This document shows positions 9,566-17,179 of a stretch of DNA of 33,286 bases, piece by piece. Numbering within the stretch: position 1 is the first letter of the stretch; every line of letters starts with the position of its first letter. A model generated the notes under the pieces. That model had not been told where the DNA came from. It made no database searches and saw only the letters and a list, made by a program, of their open reading frames with translations. The translations under genes and the position numbers were made by a program. This DNA comes from an uncultured Deinococcales bacterium. GTDB taxonomy: Bacteria; Deinococcota; Deinococci; Deinococcales; JAAFIG01. The stretch is from positions 1 to 33,286 of the forward strand of contig CAXTKV010000034.1 of NCBI GenBank assembly GCA_964244895.1, read 5' to 3'.

Positions 9566-10117
9566 ATGACGCAGGTGCGATTCACCTACGAGGACCTCGA
9601 GGACTTCCCTGAAGATGGGAAGCGCCGTGAACTCATCAACGGAGATTTGCTTGTGGCTCCAGCCCCCAACACGCTTCACCAGCGCATCGTGATGCGTTTG
9701 TCCGCCGCGCTTTTCAACCACGCTGACGCGCAAGGTCTGGGCGAGGTCTTTACCGCTCCGCTCGACGTGATTTTCAACCAGGGCGATGTGATCGAACCCG
9801 ACATCGTTTTCGTTTCGCGCGAACGCGCTCAAATCGTCACGGCGCGCGGCATTGAAGGCCCACCAGACTGGGTGATCGAGGTTCTCTCGCCCTCGACCCG
9901 AACCCGCGATCTGGGTGTCAAAAAGAAACTCTGCCAGCGCGAGGGCGTGCGCGTTTACTGGGCAATTGACCCCGACGCGCGCACGATCACGGCCTGGGAT
10001 GGTGATTGGAACGATCCCAGAGCTTTCTCCTCGAACGATATCGCCAGCGTTTCGGTACTCGCGGGATTTTCGCTTGTAGCAAAAACACTGTTCGCAGAGC
10101 TGCCATCACAGACGTGA
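9566..10117 (+). CDS. Uma2-family (PD-(D/E)xK) putative endonuclease
   Basis: DGKRRELINGDL..P..HQRI, APLDV, EPDIVFV, GPPDWVIEVLSPST..DLG.K, GVRVYWAIDP. TAGACT lies 6 nt upstream of the ATG (leaderless-type). Confidence 0.9.
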   Translation: MTQVRFTYEDLEDFPEDGKRRELINGDLLVAPAPNTLHQRIVMRLSAALFNHADAQGLGEVFTAPLDVIFNQGDVIEPDIVFVSRERAQIVTARGIEGPPDWVIEVLSPSTRTRDLGVKKKLCQREGVRVYWAIDPDARTITAWDGDWNDPRAFSSNDIASVSVLAGFSLVAKTLFAELPSQT

Positions 10118-10307
10118 TTCTCGAGAACGCGTATGAGCGCGCGAACAGCCCATGAGGTGCTGGTCGTGTGAGCAAGAAGGTGCTGTCTGATGGCGCAAGA
10201 ACGGTAATCTCGAGATTACCCGAGCCGTGCAATCACGCGGTTGTGAACTTCAATTCACCAATCTCGAGATCGTCATGGAAGGACTCGAACCAACGGTCAC
10301 ACACGCG

Positions 10308-10353
10308 AACACCGTCCGGCACGCAGATTAAATAACGTGTGCCGGACGGTGTT
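10308..10353. repeat. Full 46-bp bipartite dispersed element
   Basis: AACAC-CGT-ccggc-ACG-cagattaaataacg-TGT-gccgg-ACG-GTGTT, 7 bp from the S8 protease stop codon. Confidence 0.9.
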
Positions 10354-10360
10354 GCTGAGG

Positions 10361-12703
10361 CTATCGGCGCGCCAGAGAACCCAGCGTTTGCTCGAGCCTG
10401 GATGGTGCGGCTGCACCTGCGGAAGCGGACGTGATCGGCTGCATCCGAATCACCAACCCGATCAGGTTCTGGCTGGCGCCAATGGCGAAGGATTTGGTGA
10501 AACCGAAGGGATCACCCGCGTCTACCTTCTGGTTGTTGTTCACGTCCTGCCAGCCCGCCGCGATGTAGGTTCCGGCGGTCATGTTGGTCAGCTTGAACGA
10601 CACCTCGAGGTTGTTGGCTTGCACTTCGGTGATCACGGAACCGTCCTGGTCGAACAGGCTGCAATCGGGCGCGGAGCATTTCAGCGCGGCCACGTAGGTT
10701 TTCAGGTTGCCCGTGGTGGGCGGCGGTGGCGGCGGTGGGCCGGGTGGGGGAGGGGTGGTTCCCGTCCCGGTCAGTGCTCTGGCCGCGTTGACCAGTCCCG
10801 CGCCGCAATCGTTGCCGCTCGGACGGTTGCAGGCGGTAGCGCTCAACGGGCTCGAGGCGGCCTTGAGGCGCGTCATGACGGTATCGAAGCTCAATCCGGG
10901 ATCTTTGCTGAGCATCAACGACACCAAGCCCGCGACGTGCGGCGAGGCCATCGAGGTTCCCTGGTAGAAGCCGAAGACGGGGGCACCGTTCTGATCCAGC
11001 AGCGTACTGAGCACGCCTGCGGGGTAGGTTTTTCCGCCCAGGCTGAAGGTCTGTTGAGTGTCACCGCCCGGAGCCATCACGTCCACGGGTGCGCCGTAAT
11101 TGGAGTACGGGGCGCGCGTGTTGGTCGGGCCAGTCGCGCCGACGGTGATGACGTTATTGCAACTCGCGGGAGAGTACTGGCTGGCGTCGTCGTCGCTGTT
11201 GCCCGCCGCCACGACCACGATCACGCCTTTGGCTTTGATGCTGTCGTACAACTGCTGTTCAGTCTGGCTGCACACGCGCTTGCCGCCCAGGCTCAGGTTG
11301 ATGACTTTGGCCGGGTTCGGGTTGTCCGGCACGCCGTCCACGTGGATACCCGCCGCCCACTGGATGCCTGGCAGGATGTCGTCGTTCGTGCCGCTGCCGT
11401 TGACACCCAGGACGCGCACCGGCACGACCTTCGCGCCCCAGTTGACGCCCGCTACGCCCGAACCGTTGTTGGTCTGCGCCGCTATCGTTCCGGCGACGTG
11501 CGAGCCGTGATAGCCGGAATCTCCGCCCAGGTCGGTGGCGTCGGCATCGCGCCCGTCGCCATCGCCCGCTTCGGTGGGGTCGGTGATGAAGTCGTAACCG
11601 CCCACGAAGGTACCTTGCAAATCCGGGTGGTCGGTCTTGCCGGTGTCCACCACGGAAACGGTGATCGGGTTGGCGGTGCCGTCGGTGATGTCCCAGGCGG
11701 CCTCGAGGTTCATGGCCTTGTAATGCCATTGCAGCACGTAATTCGGATCGTTCGGAACCTTCAGGATTCTGGAAATGTAATTCGGTTCCGCGTATTCCAC
11801 GTCGGATCGTTGCTCGAGTTGACGCGCCATCTCGAGCGTGCCCGCCGCGTCAAGCTTGGCGCGGAACAGGCTCGTGCGCGGCAGGGCCGCACCGAGCGCA
11901 CCGACCCGTGAGAGGCTGACGACCGCACCCGAAATTTGCGCTCGCAAGCTCGAGATGCCCTGCGCAGCGATGCCATCGCGGAACTTGACGATCACATCGC
12001 CGGGAACGAATTCCGGTTGTTGCGCTTTTGATGGGTTGGACAGGGCAGGATTGATACCGACTGGGTCGCTCTGGATGGTCTGATCGCGCAAGAGTGGTGT
12101 CAGCGTCCTGCTCGAGAAAGCCGAGAGGCCATTCGCGCCGGTGACGGTGTACATCGGCAGGTTCACGCCGGACTTGGGCGGCTGAATGATCGATGCCTTG
12201 CCCGTGCCGTCGTCACCGTAGAAGGTGAGGTAATCGCCCGCGTTGACTTTTCCGCTGCCGTCGATGTCCTTCCAGGCGTACACGATGTACTGCACGTTTG
12301 CCAGGCCGGAAATGGAGAAGTTGGCGCTCGAGCCGGAACTGGTGATTTTGCCGCCCTTGCTGTTGGCATTGGCGCAATCGAAGGTCGTCGATGACGTGAC
12401 CACGCAAGCGGCGACGCTGGTATTCGTGACGCTGCCGCCGCTACCGCTCGGGACGCTGACCGTTCCCGAGAACGTTCCGGCGGCTGGTGGTGGGCTGGGC
12501 GGCGGTGGCGTGGGTGGGCTGGGCGGTGTGGGGGATGGCGGTGCGGGCGGCGGGTTCTCTCCGACCTGACCCGGCAAGATCAGCAACCCGGAAACCGAAG
12601 CCGAGCCGTTCGCTGGTGGCGGCGGGGGTGGCGGTGTGACGGGTTTACTTGGACAAGCCGTGAGCGCGAGAACCGCGGCCAAGCCGAGCAGCGCGTGTTT
12701 CAT
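10361..12703 (-). CDS. Lipoprotein S8 (subtilisin-like) serine protease with Pro-rich linkers and repeated accessory beta domains
   Basis: LTAC lipobox. Catalytic triad VVDTG / YHGSHVAG / GTSMASPHVAG; FVPGDVIVKF..VEYAEPN propeptide. Two related domains contain W.D.(D/N)..KV.AGD. AAGGAAAGG RBS. Confidence 0.95.
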   Translation of the reverse strand: MKHALLGLAAVLALTACPSKPVTPPPPPPPANGSASVSGLLILPGQVGENPPPAPPSPTPPSPPTPPPPSPPPAAGTFSGTVSVPSGSGGSVTNTSVAACVVTSSTTFDCANANSKGGKITSSGSSANFSISGLANVQYIVYAWKDIDGSGKVNAGDYLTFYGDDGTGKASIIQPPKSGVNLPMYTVTGANGLSAFSSRTLTPLLRDQTIQSDPVGINPALSNPSKAQQPEFVPGDVIVKFRDGIAAQGISSLRAQISGAVVSLSRVGALGAALPRTSLFRAKLDAAGTLEMARQLEQRSDVEYAEPNYISRILKVPNDPNYVLQWHYKAMNLEAAWDITDGTANPITVSVVDTGKTDHPDLQGTFVGGYDFITDPTEAGDGDGRDADATDLGGDSGYHGSHVAGTIAAQTNNGSGVAGVNWGAKVVPVRVLGVNGSGTNDDILPGIQWAAGIHVDGVPDNPNPAKVINLSLGGKRVCSQTEQQLYDSIKAKGVIVVVAAGNSDDDASQYSPASCNNVITVGATGPTNTRAPYSNYGAPVDVMAPGGDTQQTFSLGGKTYPAGVLSTLLDQNGAPVFGFYQGTSMASPHVAGLVSLMLSKDPGLSFDTVMTRLKAASSPLSATACNRPSGNDCGAGLVNAARALTGTGTTPPPPGPPPPPPPTTGNLKTYVAALKCSAPDCSLFDQDGSVITEVQANNLEVSFKLTNMTAGTYIAAGWQDVNNNQKVDAGDPFGFTKSFAIGASQNLIGLVIRMQPITSASAGAAAPSRLEQTLGSLARR

Positions 12704-12966
12704 CTTGTTCCACCTTTCCTTGCGTCCGGTGTGCGTCCTGGCAGACGCGTGTGCAATCTCAGTTTTAAGCTGACCGACTTAGTGCTGACTTAATGGATCT
12801 GCGGTGCTCGCGGTGCGTCCTGCATGTCTCGAGATTCCACGATACAAGCTGGGTATCTTTGTGAAATGATCCCGAGGTTTTGGCCGTCTGGCACGACGTT
12901 CCCGGCTGCGCCCGGCTGGGTGCGGCTCCTCGAGCCTGGGTTTTTGGGTGCGACTCCTGGAAGGCT

Positions 12967-14319
12967 TCAGGGGCACTGCGCCACGTCGCTGCTGCGGTTG
13001 TTGGCAAACACGTTGCCTGCGCCCTGCTCGAGAACGGAGGGCGTGTTCAGGCCGTCGTCGGTGCAGATGCCGTAACCGTCGCTGTACTGGATTCTGGTGT
13101 TGGCGATGCTGGCGTAGGAACCCTCGAACGCGCCGCCGACTTTGACGGCTGCCGCGCCGCTGCCCGCGTACAGAATTTGGGCGTGATCGAGTTTGTTATC
13201 TCTCGAGGACGACTCGAAGAACTCGATGCCCTGCCACGCGCCCGCGCTCTGGGTCTCGGCGGTGAAGACGATCGGTTTCTGTGCGGTGCCGATGGCGCTC
13301 AGGGAACCGCCGGAGCGCACGTCGATGCTCGTGCCGTCCGCCGCGACGATCTTGACGCCCGGCTCGAGCCTCAGGGCAGCTTTGACGTAGATCACGATGC
13401 TGATGTAGTAGGGCACGCCCAGGTCTTTCCAGGTTCCGGGTTCCTGGAAGTCGTTGACCCAGCGCGCATAAATGTAAGGGCTGGTGTTGGGTTTGTTCTT
13501 GCCGACGTAATCGCTGGCCTTGTCGAGGATTGCGACCTGGTTGTAGCCGATCACCAGGCCGAAACCCAGGTTGTCCTCGAAAATATTGTCCTCGAATTCC
13601 TTGAGGCGCAGATCCTCGCCGAAGTTCGCGCCGTTGGCGTAGCTTCCGGAGACGCGGTTGTGCTTGAAGGTGATCAGTCCGCCGCCGCCGGAAATGCCCG
13701 CGAAGTTCTTCCAGATTTCGCCGCCGGTCTGGCCTGCGCCCCGGATGTCCAGGTACTCGAGGCGGCTCTCGCGGCTGCCGGACATGAACGACAGGCCGTT
13801 CCAGTAGCCTTTGACATCTATTTCCGGCAGGAACTGGATGCGCGCGCCCGCCGTGCCGACGGCGTTCATTTGTCCGCCGGATTCGATGTAAAACGTCGCG
13901 TCCTTGCTGAATTGCACGACCGTGCCGGGTTCAATCTCGAGGTAAGAAGACAGACTGACCGTGCCGTTGACCTGGTAATCGCAGGCGGAGGCGGAATTGA
14001 CCCATTTCGATGGCACGCTGACCTTGTGGTTGACCTCGAACACGACGGCGCACTTGCCGCCGGGGACGGGCGGCGGCGCGGGTGGCGGGTTGCCGATCGG
14101 AGGTGGCGGCGGGTTGCTTCCGCCCGTCGGCGTCTGGTTGCAGGCGCTCGCGATGACCAGCGCGATCAAGGCCAGCCCGAGGCTCGAGAATCGCCGTGCG
14201 CGCGGGAGGCTTGCATCAGGGACACCGTCCAGGACGCATTTTAAAATTTGCGTCGTGGACGGTGTTTTCTCGAGGTTGGAGGGTGCCGACGGCGGGATGG
14301 GTTGGTATTGAACTCGCAT
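12967..14319 (-). CDS. Lipoprotein with right-handed beta-helix-type repeats
   Basis: ASAC lipobox after a hydrophobic stretch, Pro linker, and two repeats L.(I/L)EPG....GT...PI.F...G.W.G..F. ATG 14319 is preceded by GAGGTG. The start position is somewhat uncertain. Confidence 0.75.
   Translation of the reverse strand: MRVQYQPIPPSAPSNLEKTPSTTQILKCVLDGVPDASLPRARRFSSLGLALIALVIASACNQTPTGGSNPPPPPIGNPPPAPPPVPGGKCAVVFEVNHKVSVPSKWVNSASACDYQVNGTVSLSSYLEIEPGTVVQFSKDATFYIESGGQMNAVGTAGARIQFLPEIDVKGYWNGLSFMSGSRESRLEYLDIRGAGQTGGEIWKNFAGISGGGGLITFKHNRVSGSYANGANFGEDLRLKEFEDNIFEDNLGFGLVIGYNQVAILDKASDYVGKNKPNTSPYIYARWVNDFQEPGTWKDLGVPYYISIVIYVKAALRLEPGVKIVAADGTSIDVRSGGSLSAIGTAQKPIVFTAETQSAGAWQGIEFFESSSRDNKLDHAQILYAGSGAAAVKVGGAFEGSYASIANTRIQYSDGYGICTDDGLNTPSVLEQGAGNVFANNRSSDVAQCP
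14221..14266. repeat. Full 46-bp bipartite dispersed element, in-frame within the lipoprotein N-terminus
   Basis: GACAC-CGT-ccagg-ACG-cattttaaaatttg-CGT-cgtgg-ACG-GTGTT, translated on the minus strand as KTPSTTQILKCVLDGV. Confidence 0.9.
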
Positions 14320-14441
14320 GGGTTGCACCTCGAGGGTCTGCGCGAACGCGAAGGATCGTCGCCTCGACCATACGGCGTGGGGGACTATTGGGCATCGTAG
14401 AAACTACGTAGCGGCGCGAACGGGATTGCGTGCGAACGGAA

Positions 14442-16844
14442 TTACGCGCGCCCGAGCAAGCCGCGCGAGCGCGCCTCGCGCACCGCTTGGGTGCGGGATC
14501 GCACGCCAAACTTGTTGTAGATGCTCGTCAGGTGCGTGCTGACCGTGCGCGGACGAATCCCCAACCGATCACCGATTTCCGCGTCCGAAAAACCGTCCGC
14601 GACCAACGAGACGACCTCGAGTTCGCGGGTGGACAGCTCGTCGCGTTGCCGTTGCGGGCCGGGTTCCGGGGCGTTCAGGATCTCCTCGACCTCGAGCGCG
14701 CGCCCTTCGGCCACCGCGCGATCCCAGCCGTCACCCAGGGCGCGCATGGATCTGTGCGCGAAGCGCTCCAGCATCGCCTGATCCGGCCCGAGCCACGGCA
14801 GCCCTTCGGCTTCGCGGTAACGGTTGGAAGCCCCGACCAGTCGCGCGGCGCGGACGTGCTGATCTTCGCGCGCAGCGATGGCGGCGGTGGCCATCAACCA
14901 GTTGTCCTCCAGGCCGGAACCCGCTTCACCACGGTGGGTCTGGAGGTTGACGACCAAGAGTTCTTCTTGAAGGGCGCGCGCCCGCTCCAGCTCGCCCAGG
15001 TCGGCCAGCGTGATCGCCAGGAACGGCAGGATGTTGCGCGTGCGGCTGAGGTTGCGCTGCGCGTGCGCGATCTCGAGGGCGCGCTCGAGCGATTCCTTCG
15101 AGCGCGGGCTGTTCCCGAGCGCGTAATCGATCATGCCGATGGCCATCAAGCGCCCCGAGATCGCATTGGGTGAACTGGCTCGCACGTAAGAGAGCGATTC
15201 CTCGAAGGTCTCCCTGGCGCGTTTGAACTCGGTCGCGCCGTACAGGTTCAGCCCGAGCGCGAACGTCACCTGCGCGATCATGTCGGATTCACCGTTCGCC
15301 CTGGCGATTTGCAGCCCTTCCTCGAGATAGGTTCTGGCCCGATCCGGATGACCCAGACTGTCCTCGCACTTGGCCAGGTGCGAGAGCACCGAGGCGATGC
15401 GCCGCTCGAGCCGCAGTTCTCTGTACAGCCCGAGCGCCTCGCGCAGTTTCTCGATGGCTTCATCGAAGCGGCTGACGTAGTAGAGGTAATCCGAGATGCC
15501 TTCGAGCGCCCGCGCGCGCACTTCGGGGCTGCCCTCGCCGGGGCGCAGCGCGCGTTCCATCCACGCGAGCGCCTCGTGGGTGCGACCGCGGTAATTCCAC
15601 AGGGGGTACAGCGATCCAGCCACGAACAGGGTCAGCGCCGCGTCGCGCTCCAGACCCCAGCGCATGGCGGCTCGCAGGTTGTCCAGATCGGCTTCCAGAC
15701 GGTCAATCCAGGCCGTCTGGTTCGGGCCGTAAATTTCGGGTTCGGCGCGCTGGCACAGGCTCAGAAAGTAGCGCGCGTGCGCCGCCTGAACCTCGTCCAT
15801 CTGCCCATCCAAGTGCAGGTGCTCCAGGGCGCTCTCGCGGATCGTCTCGAGCATCGAAAAGCGGCCAACTTGCGATTGCACCAGGCTCTGCTCGACCAGC
15901 GATTCCAGCCGCGCCAGCGTGTTCGGCCCACCGATGGCTTCCGCCGCTTCCAGATCGAAACCGCCCGCGAACGCGCCCAGCCGCGCGAACAAGTGCCGCT
16001 CCTCGGGTTCCAGCAGCGTCAGGCTCCACTCGAGCGTGGCCCGCAAAGATTGCTGGCGCTGGCTGGCGTCGCGCGGCCCGCCCACCAGGGCGTCCAGCGG
16101 TGCGCTCAGGCGTTCAAGCAGGCCGTCCACGGTGAACAACCGCAACCTCGAGGCGGCCAGTTCGAGCGCCAGCGGCAGCCCGTCCAGCCGCGCGCAGATT
16201 TGCGCGATGGCGCTGGCGTTCTCGGGTTCGAGTCTGAAGTCCGACCTGATGGCGCGGGCGCGCTGAACGAAGAGTTGTACGGCATCGTTTTGGGCCACGG
16301 ATTCAGGGCTGGCCTCGTCAGGCGGCTCGAGGGGCCGCACCGGGTACTCGTGCTCACAGCGCACCCGCAGGGCGCGGCGGCTGGTGACCAGCACCTTCAA
16401 CTGCGGGCAGGCTTCCAGCAGCTCGACCAGCTCGGGCGCAATCTCGATCAGGTGTTCCAGGTTGTCCAGCGCCAGGAGCGCGGAACGCTTCGAGAGGTGG
16501 CGCTTCAGGGCTTCGAGCGCCGCCGCGCCCTCCGGCGGGTCGGGCAGCCCGAGGGCTCGAGCCGCGCTCGGCCAGACGCGCGCCGCTTCCGTCAGGCTGG
16601 CGAGCGCCACCCAGCACGCGCCGTCGGCGAAATCGTCCGCGATCAGACCCGCGCAGGCCAGCGCCAGCCGCGTCTTGCCGACCCCGCCCGGCCCGACCAG
16701 CGTGACCAGCCGCACGTCCGCCCGCGTCATCAGGTCGCGCACCGCCGCGAGTTCCTGCGCTCGCCCCAGAAGCGGTGTCGTGGGCGTCGGAAATGCCCCT
16801 GCAACCGTGCCGTGCGCGGTTTTTCGGAAGGCTGGCGTCGTCAT
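14442..16844 (-). CDS. STAND/NB-ARC-like NTPase-TPR-LuxR transcriptional regulator
   Basis: PLLGR..EL, LVTLVGPGGVGKTRLA (Walker A), LLALDNLEHL (Walker B), LVTSR, LDGLPLALELAA, TPR-like helices, and C-terminal LSTRELEVVSLVADGFSDAEIGDRLGI..RTVSTHL (LuxR HTH). Start chosen at ATG 16844 after GAGG. Confidence 0.92.
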   Translation of the reverse strand: MTTPAFRKTAHGTVAGAFPTPTTPLLGRAQELAAVRDLMTRADVRLVTLVGPGGVGKTRLALACAGLIADDFADGACWVALASLTEAARVWPSAARALGLPDPPEGAAALEALKRHLSKRSALLALDNLEHLIEIAPELVELLEACPQLKVLVTSRRALRVRCEHEYPVRPLEPPDEASPESVAQNDAVQLFVQRARAIRSDFRLEPENASAIAQICARLDGLPLALELAASRLRLFTVDGLLERLSAPLDALVGGPRDASQRQQSLRATLEWSLTLLEPEERHLFARLGAFAGGFDLEAAEAIGGPNTLARLESLVEQSLVQSQVGRFSMLETIRESALEHLHLDGQMDEVQAAHARYFLSLCQRAEPEIYGPNQTAWIDRLEADLDNLRAAMRWGLERDAALTLFVAGSLYPLWNYRGRTHEALAWMERALRPGEGSPEVRARALEGISDYLYYVSRFDEAIEKLREALGLYRELRLERRIASVLSHLAKCEDSLGHPDRARTYLEEGLQIARANGESDMIAQVTFALGLNLYGATEFKRARETFEESLSYVRASSPNAISGRLMAIGMIDYALGNSPRSKESLERALEIAHAQRNLSRTRNILPFLAITLADLGELERARALQEELLVVNLQTHRGEAGSGLEDNWLMATAAIAAREDQHVRAARLVGASNRYREAEGLPWLGPDQAMLERFAHRSMRALGDGWDRAVAEGRALEVEEILNAPEPGPQRQRDELSTRELEVVSLVADGFSDAEIGDRLGIRPRTVSTHLTSIYNKFGVRSRTQAVREARSRGLLGRA

Positions 16845-16978
16845 GCTCGGAACCTCGATCAGCCCTCTCACGATAACGGCCTTCGTCCAGCTTTTGTGAG
16901 AATCGTGCCGTTCCACACGATGACTGCGCGCCCTGCGGTGCGCGTCTCGGGCTCGTAAATAACCGCGCCTACGACGAG

Positions 16979-17024
16979 AACATCGTCCAGTGCGCGAATC
17001 AATAAATGCGTCTGGGACGGTGTT
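16979..17024. repeat. Full 46-bp bipartite dispersed element (slightly degenerate left arm)
   Basis: AACAT-CGT-ccagt-GCG-cgaatcaataaatg-CGT-ctggg-ACG-GTGTT, between divergent genes. Confidence 0.85.
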
Positions 17025-17179
17025 CCTGGTGATGGTTCGGGGTCGTGAAGACTCGGTCTGGCCCAGATTGCGCGCCCACCAGAAAATCGAGCGTTCCGTA
17101 CGCAATTTCTCGAGTTCGAGGCGAGCCAACCCGGTTATTGGTATCGTTCTGGGGATCCTCAGCGGTTCGGGAGGGATTC

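Noticed and set aside
9566..10117. Uma2 nuclease as the enzyme acting on the flanking elements or on CTCGAG
   Set aside because: It is flanked by two full elements, but the elements are equally common around unrelated genes, and Uma2 paralogues are typically numerous; there is no specific evidence of a link.
12480..12640. GGC/GGT-rich repeats in the S8 protease and neighbouring lipoprotein
   Set aside because: They simply encode poly-proline linkers.
16845..17129. N-terminal extension of the NTPase-LuxR ORF, and the amylase start at 17045
   Set aside because: The two extensions would overlap each other and leave no divergent promoter region; better RBS-linked starts exist at 16844 and 17180.
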